A stretch of 62,547 nt of DNA from NCBI GenBank assembly GCA_030688735.1, contig JAUYJC010000602.1:1-62547 (forward strand). Direction: 5' to 3'. The DNA comes from Deltaproteobacteria bacterium. GTDB taxonomy: Bacteria; Desulfobacterota; Binatia; UBA9968. Below the pieces are notes generated by a model. It had not been told where the DNA came from, searched no databases, and worked only from the letters and a program-made list of their open reading frames with translations. Below, piece by piece: positions 47,229-58,886 of the stretch. The number at the start of each line of letters is the position of its first letter. Positions within the stretch are counted from its first letter, which is position 1. Position numbers and translations under genes: made by a program.

Positions 47229-50200
47229 ATGAGCAACGCATTCATCGATATCAAGGGCGCCAAGCAGAACAACCTCAAGAATCTGGATTTGCAGATTCCG
47301 CTCAACGCGCTCACGGTGATCACCGGCGTGAGCGGCTCGGGAAAATCGACCCTAGCTTTCGACATTCTCTACGCCGAAGGCCAACGCCGCTATGTCGAAA
47401 GCTTCTCCGCCTACGCCCGCCAGTTCCTCGACCGCATGGACAAGCCCGACGTGGAATCGATCGAGGGGCTGCCGCCGACCATCGCCATCGACCAGAGCCG
47501 GCCGGTGAAGACTTCGCGCTCCACGGTCGGCACCATGACCGAGCTGCACGACCACTTCAAGCTGCTCTTTTCCAAGATCGCCGTGCTTCACTGCCGCGGT
47601 TGCGACCGCGTGGTGGAGCGCGACACCGCCCAGTCGGTCTTCAAAAAATTATCGACGCTGGCGGAAGGAACACCGGTCATCCTGACCTTTGCGCTGGCGC
47701 CCTCGGCGCTGCCCTGGGAAGAAATGAAGTCGGGCTTGCAGCGCGCCGGCTTTCACCGCCTGCTCTGCGGCCAAACCTTGCGCGAGCTGGAAGAGCTCAA
47801 TGAAAATCCAGCCGGCGGTGAAGCGCTGCAAGTCGTCGCCGACCGCTTTGCCTACCGGGCGCAAAACCGCAAGCGCATCTCGGATTCGTTGGAACAGGCG
47901 TTTCACTATGGCAAGGGAAAATTGAATCTCTTCCTGCCGCAGGAAGATTGGCGCCGCGAGCCGTTCAGCAACCACCTCCATTGCCCGCACTGCGATATCT
48001 CATACCGCGACCCGACAGCCAATCTCTTTTCTTTCAACAGTCCGCTCGGCGCGTGCGAGACCTGCCGCGGCTTTGGCCGGGTAATCGACATCGATCTCGA
48101 TCTGGTCGTTCCCGACCCCGGCAAATCACTTAGCGACGGCGCCATCAAGCCGTGGATCCATCGGGCGCGGCGCATGCGCCGCCTGCTCGATTTCTGCGAG
48201 CGCAAGAAAGTTCCGACGAACAAGCCCTACGGCGAACTGACGGAGAAGCAGAAGCAGCTCATCGTCAACGGCGGGGGCGAGTTCAAAGGCATCCGCGGCT
48301 GGTTCCGCCGTCTCGAACGGCGAAGTTACCGCATGCACGTGCGCGTGATGCTGGCGCGCTACCGCGCCTATCTGCTCTGCCCGGTGTGCCAGGGAAGCCG
48401 CCTCAAACCGGACCCGCTCCTTTATCGCATCGACGGCAAGAACATCGCTGAGATCAACGCCATGAGCGTGGGCGAGGCCCAGCGTTTTTTCGATGCGCTC
48501 AAGCCGGCGGGCGCCGCGGATCAAGTGGCGCGCCTGATCCTCGACGAGATTCGCCGCCGCCTCGGCTATCTGGTCGGCGTCGGACTCGAATACCTCACGC
48601 TGGACCGCCAGTCGCGCACCCTCTCCGGCGGCGAACTCGAGCGCGTCGATCTCACCACCGCCATCGGCTCGTCCCTGGTCAACACGCTCTATGTGCTCGA
48701 CGAGCCTTCCATCGGCCTGCACCCGCGCGACAGCCGGCGGTTGGTGGAAATTCTTCATCGCCTGCGCGCCAATCAAAATACCGTGGTCGTCGTCGAGCAT
48801 GATCCCGAAATCATCAAGGAGAGCGATTACATCATCGACCTCGGACCCAAGGCCGGTGAGCAGGGCGGGCAGATAATGTTCGCCGGCACCTACGACGCGC
48901 TGCTCACAGATGAGCGATCGCTCACCGCTGCTTACTTGAGCCGGCGCAGGGCGATTCCGTTCCCCAGCCGCAACCGCAAGCCGTTCTTGCAGCGCTCGAT
49001 CAAGATCAAGGGAGCCCGGGCCAACAATCTCAAAAATATCGACGTGGAGATTCCCCTCGGTATCTTCGTTTGCATTACCGGCGTTTCCGGCTCGGGAAAA
49101 TCCAGCCTGGTCGACGAGGTTATCCATCGCAACTTAAAAAAACTCAAAGAGGCGCCCACCGCCAACATCGTCGATTGCGCCGCCATCGAGGGGGCGGACA
49201 AGATTTCCGAGATCGTCCTGGTCGATCAGTCGCCGGTGGGCACCACGCCGCGCTCGAATCCGGCGACTTATATGAAAGCCTTCGACGCGGTTCGCCGGCT
49301 CTTCGCCGCCGCCGATCTGTCGCGCCTGCGCGGCTACGCCCCGGCGACTTTTTCTTTCAACGTGGAGGGCGGGCGCTGCGAGACCTGCCGCGGCGAAGGT
49401 TTTGAAAAGGTCGAGATGCAGTTTCTTTCCGACGTTTACACTTCCTGCCCGGAATGCCACGGCAGCCGCTACCGCGAGGAAATCCTGGAAGTCACCTACC
49501 GCGGTCGAAACATCCGGCAGGTTTTGGATCTGACGGTCACCGAAGCTTTGGAGTTCTTCAAAGACAGCGCGGAAATCAGGCAAGCTCTCTACCCGCTGCG
49601 CGCCGTCGGGCTGGAATATGTCCGTTTGGGGCAACCGCTTACGACGCTTTCGGGCGGCGAGTCGCAGCGGCTCAAATTGGCCGCGCACATGGCGCGAGCG
49701 AAGAAATCCGGCACGCTATTTATTTTTGACGAGCCGACCACCGGCCTGCACTTCCACGACATCGAAAGACTGCTGCGGGCTTTCAACGAGCTGATCGACC
49801 AGGGCCACTCCATCGTCGTCATCGAACATAACATGGAAGTGGTGAAATGCGCCGACCATATCATCGATCTAGGGCCGGAAGGCGGCGACGGCGGCGGCGA
49901 GATCATCGCGATCGGTACGCCCGATCAGATTGCGGAAGTCGACCGCTCTCACACGGGCGTTTACCTGCGGCCGTATCTCGACAAACAGACCTCATCCCCC
50001 TTCACCCCTGCCCTAGAGAGAAGTTCAAGGGTTCAAGAGTTCAAGGGTTCAAGGGTGGAAGACAACGCGATTACGATCGTCGGCGCCAAGGAGCATAACC
50101 TCAAGAACATCAGCCTGAACATCCCGCGCGACCGCTTCGTGGTCATCACCGGCTTGAGCGGCTCCGGCAAATCGTCGCTCGCCTTCGACATCATTTATGC

Positions 50201-52934
50201 CGAGGGGCAGCGGCGCTATATCGACAGTCTGTCCGCCTATGCGCGCCAGTTTCTCCAGATCATGGCGCGGCCCAACGTCGACCTGCTGGCCGGCATTCCG
50301 CCCACCGTCGCCATCGAGCAGCGCTTGAGCCAAGGTGGGCGAAACTCGACGGTAGCGACGGTCACCGAGATCTATCATTATCTCCGTTTGCTCTATTCCA
50401 AGGTCGGCAAGCAACATTGCGTTAAGTGCGGCCGGCAGATTCGCTCGCTCACGCGCAGCCAAATCCTCGACCGCATCGGCCGCGGCTTTCGCGGCAAAGA
50501 GGTCATGGTCTTGAGCCCCATCGTGCGCGGGCGCAAAGGGTTTCACAAAGAAGTCATCGACGGGGCCCGCCGCCTCGGCTACCGCCGCGCCCGCATCGAC
50601 GGCGAGGCGGTCGACCTCCGATCTCCCGCACTGTTCAACGGGCTCGAACGGTATAAAGAGCACGACATCGACATCGTCATCGGCAAGGCCAAGGCTGGCG
50701 GCCGCGAAGTCGAATTGATGGTCGATCGGGGACTACGCCTGGGCAACGGCGTCATTCATCTGATCACCGAAGGCGGCGAACAGATTTTCAACCGGCGGCT
50801 CTTCTGCCTCCCCTGCGGCATCGGCTACGAGCCGTTGGACCCGCGGCTTTTTTCGTTCAACAGCCGCCAGGGTGCTTGCGCGCAGTGCGGTGGCATGGGC
50901 TTTCAGTGGGATTTCGCTCCCGAACTGATCTTCGCCGATCCGCGCAAGTCCGTTCGCGCTTCCCTCACCGCCATCGCTGATTCCTTCAGCGCCAACGCGG
51001 CGCACTTGCAGCGCGCCGTGCAACGGCTGCTCAAGGAATTGGCAAGCCACATCGATCCCGACAAATCCTTTGGCCGGCTGGCGAAAAAAACCCGCGAAGA
51101 AATTCTCAACGGCGGCAGCGGGCCTGCCCGCCGCCAGGCAGGCGGCCGGGCGGCTTTCGGCGGCGTGATTCCCTATTTAAGAGAGATCTGGAAAGACGGC
51201 GCAGACGAAGCGAACAACGAGCTATCCGCATTGCTCAACGAGTCTCCTTGCGGAACCTGCCAGGGCCGCAGGCTCAACTCGCGGGCGCAGGCCGTGCGCG
51301 TCGACGGTAAAAGCATCTGGCAGGTCACGGCGCTGTCGGTGGAGGAAGCGAAAGAGTACTTCGACGCGCTGAACCTCGGGCAAGGTAAAGATGGCAATGC
51401 CGAGCGCGACCGCGCCGTGGCCGAAAAAATTACCAGGGAAATCCAGCAGCGGTTGAACTTCCTCTCGGAAGTGGGCTTGCCCTATCTCACGCTCGACCGG
51501 CGCGCCGACACCCTTTCCGGCGGCGAGGCCCAGCGCATCCGCCTGGCGGCGCAACTCGGCTCCAACCTGCGCGGCGTCTGCTACATTCTCGACGAGCCCA
51601 CCATCGGTCTTCACCCGCGCGACAACGCCATGCTGCTAGGCACGCTCAAACGGCTCCGAAAGGTCGGCAACAGCGTGCTGGTCGTCGAGCATGACGAGGC
51701 AACCATCGAAGCGGCGGACTTGATCGTCGATCTGGGGCCGGGCGCGGGAGTTAACGGCGGCCATGTGGTCGCCATCGGCTCGCCGGCGGAGATCAGGAAC
51801 AACCCGGACTCGCTCACGGGCGCGTTTCTCCGCGCCGAGAAAAAACGGCTCGGGCCGCTACGGGAATTCAAGAAGTCACACTGGCTCACCATCCGCGGCG
51901 CCAAGGCGAATAATTTAAAAAATCTCGACGTGCGCCTGCCGCTCGGCATGTGGACTTGCATCACGGGCATTTCGGGATCGGGCAAGAGCACGCTGGTGAA
52001 GGAAGTCTTATACAAGGGCCTTAAAATGAAGCTCGGCCAGTTCGCCGGACGACCGGGCGTTCACAAAGAGATCGCCGGCTGGCAGTCCCTCACTCGCGTC
52101 GTCGAAGTCGATCAAACGCCGATCGGCAAAACGCCGCGCTCGGTGCCCGCCTCCTATGTCGGCCTGCTCGACGAGATCCGCAAGATCTATACGCTGACAC
52201 CCGAGGCGCGGCTACGCGGCTACACGCCGAGCCGTTTTTCGTTCAACGTCAAGGGGGGCCGCTGCGAAGAGTGCGCGGGCCAGGGAAAAATCCGCAAAGA
52301 AATGAATTTCCTTCCGGACGTCTTCATCGACTGCGACGCCTGCGACGGCGCGCGTTTCAACGAAGAAACGCTGAGCGTTCGTTACAACGACAAGAGCATC
52401 GCCGACGTTTTTCGCATGACCGTGGCAGAGGCCGTGCCGTTCTTTCACGCTTTTCCGAAGCTCGCCCGCCCGCTCAAGATCCTCGACGACATCGGCATGG
52501 GCTACATCACCCTCGGCCAGGCGAGCAACACGCTTTCCGGCGGCGAAGCGCAGAGGATCAAGCTCGCCTACGAACTTGGAAAAGAATCCCACGGCAAAAC
52601 GCTTTACGTCCTGGATGAGCCCACCACGGGGCTCCATTTCGCCGACGTGGAAAAACTCATCCATATACTCCACCGCCTGGTCGAGATGGGAAACAGCGTC
52701 GTCACCATCGAGCATAATCTCGACATCATCAAAGAGGCCGACTATCTCGTCGACTTAGGGCCGGAGGGCGGCGAGCAAGGCGGCCGCCTGGTCGCCTGCG
52801 GATCGCCGCTGGAGATCATTCAAGACGGCAAGCAATCCTACACCGCCCGCTTCCTGCGCGATTATCTGAACGGCGGTGCGACGAAGCCGGAAACTGCACG
52901 GCGCAAACCTGCCCACACTGAGGTATCGGCGTAG
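47229..52934 (+). CDS. uvrA: Excinuclease ABC subunit A, tandem-fused (double) form, 1901 aa
   Basis: Four Walker A motifs (GxSGSGKS), four LSGGE signatures, repeated Zn-finger and FSFN motifs. Confidence 0.95.
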   Translation: MSNAFIDIKGAKQNNLKNLDLQIPLNALTVITGVSGSGKSTLAFDILYAEGQRRYVESFSAYARQFLDRMDKPDVESIEGLPPTIAIDQSRPVKTSRSTVGTMTELHDHFKLLFSKIAVLHCRGCDRVVERDTAQSVFKKLSTLAEGTPVILTFALAPSALPWEEMKSGLQRAGFHRLLCGQTLRELEELNENPAGGEALQVVADRFAYRAQNRKRISDSLEQAFHYGKGKLNLFLPQEDWRREPFSNHLHCPHCDISYRDPTANLFSFNSPLGACETCRGFGRVIDIDLDLVVPDPGKSLSDGAIKPWIHRARRMRRLLDFCERKKVPTNKPYGELTEKQKQLIVNGGGEFKGIRGWFRRLERRSYRMHVRVMLARYRAYLLCPVCQGSRLKPDPLLYRIDGKNIAEINAMSVGEAQRFFDALKPAGAADQVARLILDEIRRRLGYLVGVGLEYLTLDRQSRTLSGGELERVDLTTAIGSSLVNTLYVLDEPSIGLHPRDSRRLVEILHRLRANQNTVVVVEHDPEIIKESDYIIDLGPKAGEQGGQIMFAGTYDALLTDERSLTAAYLSRRRAIPFPSRNRKPFLQRSIKIKGARANNLKNIDVEIPLGIFVCITGVSGSGKSSLVDEVIHRNLKKLKEAPTANIVDCAAIEGADKISEIVLVDQSPVGTTPRSNPATYMKAFDAVRRLFAAADLSRLRGYAPATFSFNVEGGRCETCRGEGFEKVEMQFLSDVYTSCPECHGSRYREEILEVTYRGRNIRQVLDLTVTEALEFFKDSAEIRQALYPLRAVGLEYVRLGQPLTTLSGGESQRLKLAAHMARAKKSGTLFIFDEPTTGLHFHDIERLLRAFNELIDQGHSIVVIEHNMEVVKCADHIIDLGPEGGDGGGEIIAIGTPDQIAEVDRSHTGVYLRPYLDKQTSSPFTPALERSSRVQEFKGSRVEDNAITIVGAKEHNLKNISLNIPRDRFVVITGLSGSGKSSLAFDIIYAEGQRRYIDSLSAYARQFLQIMARPNVDLLAGIPPTVAIEQRLSQGGRNSTVATVTEIYHYLRLLYSKVGKQHCVKCGRQIRSLTRSQILDRIGRGFRGKEVMVLSPIVRGRKGFHKEVIDGARRLGYRRARIDGEAVDLRSPALFNGLERYKEHDIDIVIGKAKAGGREVELMVDRGLRLGNGVIHLITEGGEQIFNRRLFCLPCGIGYEPLDPRLFSFNSRQGACAQCGGMGFQWDFAPELIFADPRKSVRASLTAIADSFSANAAHLQRAVQRLLKELASHIDPDKSFGRLAKKTREEILNGGSGPARRQAGGRAAFGGVIPYLREIWKDGADEANNELSALLNESPCGTCQGRRLNSRAQAVRVDGKSIWQVTALSVEEAKEYFDALNLGQGKDGNAERDRAVAEKITREIQQRLNFLSEVGLPYLTLDRRADTLSGGEAQRIRLAAQLGSNLRGVCYILDEPTIGLHPRDNAMLLGTLKRLRKVGNSVLVVEHDEATIEAADLIVDLGPGAGVNGGHVVAIGSPAEIRNNPDSLTGAFLRAEKKRLGPLREFKKSHWLTIRGAKANNLKNLDVRLPLGMWTCITGISGSGKSTLVKEVLYKGLKMKLGQFAGRPGVHKEIAGWQSLTRVVEVDQTPIGKTPRSVPASYVGLLDEIRKIYTLTPEARLRGYTPSRFSFNVKGGRCEECAGQGKIRKEMNFLPDVFIDCDACDGARFNEETLSVRYNDKSIADVFRMTVAEAVPFFHAFPKLARPLKILDDIGMGYITLGQASNTLSGGEAQRIKLAYELGKESHGKTLYVLDEPTTGLHFADVEKLIHILHRLVEMGNSVVTIEHNLDIIKEADYLVDLGPEGGEQGGRLVACGSPLEIIQDGKQSYTARFLRDYLNGGATKPETARRKPAHTEVSA
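50023..50055 (+). repeat. 8-mer tandem repeat in the linker between the two UvrA units
   Basis: GTTCAAGG GTTCAAGA GTTCAAGG GTTCAAGG, translated as [11 protein letters not shown]. Confidence 0.75.
51123..51142 (+). repeat. Short palindromic micro-element in frame in uvrA (PARRQAG)
   Basis: CCTGCC-CGCCGCCA-GGCAGG. Confidence 0.5.
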
Positions 52935-52935
52935 C

Positions 52936-53328
52936 ATGGCAAATCGAATCCTGTCGCTGGTAGGCCACGGCCTGTGTCTGCGCTGTCCGCGCTGCGGCGT
53001 CGGGCCGCTGTACGCAAAACCTTTTCGAATGCATTCCAACTGTCGCCAGTGTGACCTGCAGTTCGAACGGGAGCAGGGCTATTTCGTCGGCGCCATCTAC
53101 ATCAACTACGCCGCCACCGTGGCGATCGCCGTGCCCGGCTTCTTTCTCCTCGACGCTTTCACCGGCATGACGATCAACCAGCAACTCGCTCTCTGGGTTC
53201 CCTTCGCAATCATTTTTCCGCTGCTCTTCTTTCACCACTCTCGGAGTCTCTGGCTGGTGGTGGATCATTATTTTAATCCCACCGCGCCTCTCTACGGCAT
53301 CCCGCCGCAAGAGTCTCCTGACCGCTGA
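52936..53328 (+). CDS. DUF983-like Zn-ribbon membrane protein
   Basis: RCPRCG, C..C..FERE.GYF.GA, two TM segments. Confidence 0.8.
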   Translation: MANRILSLVGHGLCLRCPRCGVGPLYAKPFRMHSNCRQCDLQFEREQGYFVGAIYINYAATVAIAVPGFFLLDAFTGMTINQQLALWVPFAIIFPLLFFHHSRSLWLVVDHYFNPTAPLYGIPPQESPDR

Positions 53329-53504
53329 CGCGCCAATTCACAGGCGCTGTTTCGATCGCGGTCTCATGCGGTTGCGCGCGGAAAAATCTATTATGTCAGC
53401 CGTGTGCCCCCAATTCGACTTGAGCGGGAGCGCACTGCTTCGGTGAGTTGACTTGTCGCCCAGGTCTGAGCTAACTTCCACTCAATTCAGAGCTTGCTAG
53501 CAAA

Positions 53505-54270
53505 ATGAATCGGCATTCAGTACCAAATGCGATCTATGGTTTGCCCGGAAGGCCTGCGGATGGGGGCTCGAATCCCCGCTTTTACGAGTTTGATGATGGG
53601 GCCACACGGCTCGTAAAATGGCACCCGTCTGCACATGGTGCAAAAGCCTGTTATAATTGAACTTGTCGCTTCTCGGCTCGGGCAGTTGATCGGAGCACCG
53701 ATCTTGCGCGGTGGCGTCGTTTACGTGCCCAAGGAAATAATTCCGGGCGATCATTTAGCGGTTGGCGCCAAAGAAGGATTTCACTTCGGCGTTTACATGA
53801 TGGACGGCGGTAATTTTGTGCCTACGCAACACTACACGGAGATCGAGAATACCTCACAGTTGCCATACGCCGGCGTTTTTCTTGCCTGGCTAGCGATTGG
53901 GGATCAAGAGGGCCATAATCAATACTTGCAACAGCTAGAAGTGGGCGGCGTTAAAACCAAACGCTTTAAGCTGGTGGATATGGGATTCATGTTCGGGAGC
54001 CCAGGTTGGACAAAGGGCAGCATCGTTAAGGTTCATGACCAGTATAAAATTCCAACTCATTTGGCCGGAAAGCTTACATTCGAAAAGCTTAAACCGGCAA
54101 TTAAAGAGCTTACAGCAATTGATAATGAATCAATCCGCCAATGTTTCGATGATTGCCCGGAGGAATGGGGAATTTCGAACGAAGATAGAGAAGCCGGAGC
54201 TAACAACGTTTGCGCGGCGAAGGACAACATCGAAGAGATTATCCGTAAAGGAAATCCTTCGATCCGTTGA
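53505..54270 (+). pseudogene. HipA-family (HipA_2-like) kinase with a +1 frameshift at 53657-53658
   Basis: ATG 53505 gives GGSNPRFYEFDDGATRLVKW..HGAKACYN*; removing one T gives NELVASRLG and joins the 53635-54270 frame carrying GDQEGHN and LVDMGFMF. Confidence 0.75.
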
Positions 54271-54284
54271 ATTGGGAGGTAGTT

Positions 54285-55094
54285 ATGCCATTCGGCGCGT
54301 ACTCAGTCGTGCGCTTTAGCAACAATGCCAGCGATCAACGCGTTAATGTTGGAGTCTTAGTGTGGCATCCATTGGAGGGGGTTAAGTACAAATTCTCACC
54401 GTCACTTGATCGGATTCAGGCGGTTGACCCTCGGGTTTCGATTTCGTCGGTCAAGGAGCAATTGGAAGTCATCCGAAGTGAATTAGCGAGTCCCGTCTCA
54501 GAGGAAGGGCCTGTGACTCTAAACCATTTATCTTCGTGGTTTAAGAACGGCGTCGAGGTCAGCACACCCTATCCTGCTCGGATCGCCAGCGCCGACGAGC
54601 TCTTAGACCGGCTCTACGAAACGCTTGTTTACCCCGTTCCAGAGATCCAGCGTGCGAGCTCCCAACGGCAATTTGAGCGTTCTTTCGAAAAAACGCTCAA
54701 GAACGTAATCAAGGATGTTGCCCCGAAGATTAAATGCGAGCGCCTAGGAACTCGGAAGATCGGTAAAGTTCTCGTGAACGTTGGTATTCGTACTACGGGT
54801 CCTCATCACAAGACTCTCTGGCATCCTCTTTCATTGCTGTCCAAAAGACGGCCAGATGAACAAATCGCTTTGTCAAAGGCAACTGCGATGGATATCAACG
54901 TGATCCGAGCATCTGCAAACGGATTCACTAATTACAAGCACCTGGTGACGCTTCAGACGCCGAGAGTGAAAGACGCGCATGCGCTCAAAGATTCTGTAGA
55001 CTGGTTAAAGCATGAGGCTGACGACGTGATCGAGGTGAGAGAAACTCAGGACTTAGGGCGTTTAATTCAGCAAGCTATCCAGGTTCCCACATAA
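54285..55094 (+). CDS. DUF3037 domain protein
   Basis: YSVVRF....QRVNVGVL N-terminal motif and LLDRLYETLV; GGAGGT RBS; follows the HipA-like kinase. Confidence 0.78.
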   Translation: MPFGAYSVVRFSNNASDQRVNVGVLVWHPLEGVKYKFSPSLDRIQAVDPRVSISSVKEQLEVIRSELASPVSEEGPVTLNHLSSWFKNGVEVSTPYPARIASADELLDRLYETLVYPVPEIQRASSQRQFERSFEKTLKNVIKDVAPKIKCERLGTRKIGKVLVNVGIRTTGPHHKTLWHPLSLLSKRRPDEQIALSKATAMDINVIRASANGFTNYKHLVTLQTPRVKDAHALKDSVDWLKHEADDVIEVRETQDLGRLIQQAIQVPT

Positions 55095-55133
55095 ACGGTT
55101 CCAGGCCTTTTGACAGGTGCCAAAGTATCGCTC

Positions 55134-55562
55134 TTACGCGTCAAATGGGTGGACAGCTTTTGTCACAGCCTCATTCACCTCGCTCATCTGCCGCACCATC
55201 GCATACGCCCACTTCCCGTACGTTCCATCCGCGTTCACCGCGTCAACCCATCGCTTTGTTGCCCCGGCCTTGGTCTCCGCTAACGGATTGAAACCTTTGG
55301 TTTCGAGAACCAAGTGCATTGGCGGCGCCGTCTTCAGCGTCACGATAAAGTCAGGCACGTAGTCGTGCGGTTGGCCGTTGTGCAAGTAAGGAATCGCGAA
55401 CCCGACCCCGGCGTTTTTCACGGAACCATCGACCATCCGGTACTTGATGTCGTAGTTGCCTGCCCTGAGCTGAGTCGAAGGGATGAAGTCCAACTCCTCG
55501 TCCGTGAACCCGTACCGCGCCGCCAGCACCCGGTCGATTTCGTCGCGGATAGGTTGAGACAA
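55134..55562 (-). pseudogene. Chimeric remnant: C-terminus of an RM methylase fused to the C-terminus of a type III-like restriction endonuclease
   Basis: DEIDRVLAARYGFTDEELDFI..NYDIKYRM followed by VKNAGVGFAIPY.HNGQPHDYVPDFIV...LETKG...RWVDAVNADG.YGKW. Confidence 0.7.
55459..55482 (-). repeat. 24-bp micro-element in frame (adds PSTQLRAG)
   Basis: Reverse complement CCCTTCGACTCAGCTCAGGGCAGG; near-identical to 6043-6066. Confidence 0.75.
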
Positions 55563-55661
55563 GCTCGGGCGAAATTCCCAACGAGAAAGAGAAAACTGCC
55601 CATTCGACTAGCGTATTCATTCCCTCATTCAAGCCGCCCCCGGCTGAGAACCCGGTTACCG

Positions 55662-58600
55662 TTACGCCGCCCATTTGAGACCTTGGCTTGCGTAGTTGAG
55701 CATCAAATCAAACACACTGTCGCATTTTTCTTTGAAGACAATGCGGTCGTAGCTCTCCGGCAGATGGGTGTGCAAAACCTCCTCAACTGCCGACTGAACC
55801 CTGCGCTTGGTTTGCGAGTCCTTGAACCAGTCTTGAACGAGAACCTTTGGCGTCTCTTCGCGCAAACGATGTAGGAGGGACTTCGCAGCCAACCGGACTT
55901 TTTGCGTTTCCTCCTTCGTCATCTTGTCCTTTTTCAGCAAGTCGAACAGTTCAAGTTCGTCCTCCGTCAGACCTTCCCGAATGTGACGCTCAGACTCTTC
56001 TTTCAAGTCCTTTGTGAATTTGACCAGATCGTCGAAGTAATTGTCCGCTGAGGAACTGCCGGCGTTGTAGGCGTCAATGATCCCCTGCAACCGCTGGGCA
56101 AAGTCGGTGCGCGTCGCGTTCTGTTTCATCATCTGATCGAGCTTGTGCTGGATAAAGGCTCGCAGATCGGCGATCTCGATGTTCTTGTAGGTCGCGAGTT
56201 GGAACTCTTCTTTGAGTTTCTCGAAGTCTATTTTGCTCAAATCCCACGTCTTGCCTGATTGCACAATGCGCCATTCGGCCTTGTGCTCGTGGACGAACTC
56301 GGCTTTGTCCACTACAAGACTTTCGTCCAGCAGTTGACCGACGCGAACACTCACGGCATCGATATCTTTTTGCTCGATGATAGCATCCACGACGCCGCGC
56401 AGGTATTGAAATACGGCGACCGTGCGCACAACTGGACTGCGCAGAATCTCCGGTTTGCACGCTTCGTAGAGGGAGGTGATTGTGTTCTCGTAAACGGCAA
56501 AGCCCTTGCGCCACTCGTCTTGGCTCAACAACAGGTCGGCATATTCCTTGAAAAGGCTGACATTCTTGAAAACATCTTTGCCTTTCAACAGGAAGTCGAC
56601 GTCAACACCCTTCTCGTAACAGAACTCCTTACCTTGCACGATGGAGTCGTCGAGGAGTTTGAACAGCACCCTCTTTTCCTGGACCGGCCCCTCCTCCTGT
56701 CCCTCCTGTCCCTTGGCATAATCTCTCAACGCTTTCCGCATGTTTCGAAAGACGTTGTAATAATCGACAATTTCGCCGATCCTCTTTTCGACGCCGTTGA
56801 TCTTCCATGAAGTCACCCGGTTCGCCCGGGCGATGGTCTGCATCAAGGTGTGATCCTTCATCGGCTTGTCGAGATAGAGCGTCGAGACTGTCGGGGCGTC
56901 GAAGCCCGTCAACCACATGGCGCAGATGAACACCAGTTGCAGCGGATGCTCAGGATCTTTGAAGTTGTATTCCACGTCATGGCCGTGCTTATCGAGTCTG
57001 TTCATCCGGGCACGGTGCGGTTTGATATCCAGCTTTTGCTTCGCGAACTTTTTCTCTTCGTCGGCCTCCTCGCTAACGATTACGGCCATCTCTGCGGACC
57101 GCATGTAATCCACGGTTTTCTTCAAACGTTCCTTTTCCAATTCATTCTTTGAGTTTTTGATCTGGCCGCGCAGTTGTTTGACCTGCTCCTTCCAAAGTCG
57201 TTGGACTTTGTCATACATCTTTACGGCGGTGAACTTGTCGAGCGAGACGACCATTCCCTTGCCCAGGTAGCCCCGCCGCGGGAAGTGATAAACGATGTCC
57301 TTGGCGATTTCTTCCAACCGGTCGTCGCGCTTGATGACCTCGATCTCCGCCGCGAACTTGTTCTCCAGTTTTGCCTGCTGCGCGTCGTCGAGATTCTCGT
57401 CCTCCAGAATTTGGTAGAACTCTTCGCTAAGATTTTCGTTCTGGATGAGCACCTGGGGGACGCGCTTCTCGTAAAACAAGGGCACGGTTGCCCCATCGTC
57501 CATGGACTGCTGGAAATTGTATTCCGAGACGTAGTCACCGAACCACTGGTTCGTCTTGCGCTGACGCCCCAGCAATGGCGTGCCGGTAAAGGCGATATAC
57601 AGGGCGTTCTTAAGTCCCGCCCGCATGTTTTCCGCGAGATCCTTGTATTGCGTGCGGTGCGCTTCGTCTACGATCACGATAATATCGTCGCGAGGCGAGA
57701 GCAGTGGATACGCTTTGCCCTTGGGCCAGCGAAATTTGTGAATGAGTGTAAAAACCAACCTCTTGTTCTGACCGAGGAACTTGCGCATCTCCTCGCTGTC
57801 CTTAGGTTGGGCAGCTTCGGCTTCGGTTACTGTGCCGGTGTGCAGAAAATTCCGGTAAATCTGTCCATCCAAATCGTCGCGGTCCGTGACGACTACGAAC
57901 GTGAAATTGCCCGTCTGCTTCCGGAAGATCTTGCGGGCGTAGAAAATCATAGAGAAACTCTTACCGGAACCCTGTGTGTGCCAGAACACGCCGAGCTTGC
58001 CGTTAAGCTCGTCGCGTTTGAGAAAGGTGTCATAGGCTCGATTCACTCCGATGAACTGGTGGTTCTGGGCTATGATCTTCTCGTTTTCCTTGTAGTAGAG
58101 GATGAAGTTCTCGACGTAGTCCAGCAGCTTCCGCCGGGCGAACAAGCCCTCGATCACGCGCTCCAGGCTGGTGCCTTTCTCGCGGATCTGCTCACGGTCA
58201 ATCTTCTCCCTCTCGTCCTCCGCCCGCAGCCAGTTGAAGAAATACTCCCAATCCGCCGCAAAGCTGCCTACCTTCGTCTCGATGCCGTTCGACAAGACGC
58301 AGAACGCGTTCGCCAGATAGAGCTGGGGAATGTCGGTCCGGTAATTCACCACGTTGTCATCGAAAGCAGCTCGAAGTTTGACGTTCGAGTTTTTCAATTC
58401 AATAAAGACCAGCGGGATGCCGTTGACGTATAGCAACACGTCGGGACGGCGGAAGCCGCGCTCCCCTTTGATCCAAAGCTGCGTGACCGCCAGATAACGG
58501 TTCTCGTCCGGCTGGTTGAAATTAATCAACTGCACGCGCTCCTGCTGCTTCTGGCCTTTGGCGTTGTCGAACTCTACCGGGATCCCATCGCGCAGGAGGT

Positions 58601-58886
58601 TGTAAATATCCCGGTTTGCAGCGACGAGCGACATGGCTCGACGCCGATCGAGCAGCTTGTCCAGCGCGTCATCTACGGCCTTGGATGGGATGTCCGGGTT
58701 CAGCCGACTGGCGGCTTCCCTGACCCGATCCACCAGAATCACTTCGCGCTTGTTGGTCCGGTGGGAGCCATCGTTCAAATTCTCTGGGTCTTCCGTGTAA
58801 CAGTCGAGCGAGTCGAAACCGTGCAGATGCTCAAGTCTCTGCACCAGCGCCTGCTCAATCTGCTCCTCGGAGATGAAATTAGGCAT
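55662..58886 (-). CDS. hsdR: Type I restriction endonuclease subunit R
   Basis: RPDVLLYVNGIPLVFIELK, WHTQGSGKS, VDEAHR, FTGTP, LTGFDAP, QTIARANR. Confidence 0.96.
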   Translation of the reverse strand: MPNFISEEQIEQALVQRLEHLHGFDSLDCYTEDPENLNDGSHRTNKREVILVDRVREAASRLNPDIPSKAVDDALDKLLDRRRAMSLVAANRDIYNLLRDGIPVEFDNAKGQKQQERVQLINFNQPDENRYLAVTQLWIKGERGFRRPDVLLYVNGIPLVFIELKNSNVKLRAAFDDNVVNYRTDIPQLYLANAFCVLSNGIETKVGSFAADWEYFFNWLRAEDEREKIDREQIREKGTSLERVIEGLFARRKLLDYVENFILYYKENEKIIAQNHQFIGVNRAYDTFLKRDELNGKLGVFWHTQGSGKSFSMIFYARKIFRKQTGNFTFVVVTDRDDLDGQIYRNFLHTGTVTEAEAAQPKDSEEMRKFLGQNKRLVFTLIHKFRWPKGKAYPLLSPRDDIIVIVDEAHRTQYKDLAENMRAGLKNALYIAFTGTPLLGRQRKTNQWFGDYVSEYNFQQSMDDGATVPLFYEKRVPQVLIQNENLSEEFYQILEDENLDDAQQAKLENKFAAEIEVIKRDDRLEEIAKDIVYHFPRRGYLGKGMVVSLDKFTAVKMYDKVQRLWKEQVKQLRGQIKNSKNELEKERLKKTVDYMRSAEMAVIVSEEADEEKKFAKQKLDIKPHRARMNRLDKHGHDVEYNFKDPEHPLQLVFICAMWLTGFDAPTVSTLYLDKPMKDHTLMQTIARANRVTSWKINGVEKRIGEIVDYYNVFRNMRKALRDYAKGQEGQEEGPVQEKRVLFKLLDDSIVQGKEFCYEKGVDVDFLLKGKDVFKNVSLFKEYADLLLSQDEWRKGFAVYENTITSLYEACKPEILRSPVVRTVAVFQYLRGVVDAIIEQKDIDAVSVRVGQLLDESLVVDKAEFVHEHKAEWRIVQSGKTWDLSKIDFEKLKEEFQLATYKNIEIADLRAFIQHKLDQMMKQNATRTDFAQRLQGIIDAYNAGSSSADNYFDDLVKFTKDLKEESERHIREGLTEDELELFDLLKKDKMTKEETQKVRLAAKSLLHRLREETPKVLVQDWFKDSQTKRRVQSAVEEVLHTHLPESYDRIVFKEKCDSVFDLMLNYASQGLKWAA

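Noticed and set aside
53560-53580. tRNA T-arm-like GGGGCTCGAATCCCC as an att site
   Set aside because: It has CTCGA rather than TTCGA, no cloverleaf, and encodes the GGSNP loop of the kinase
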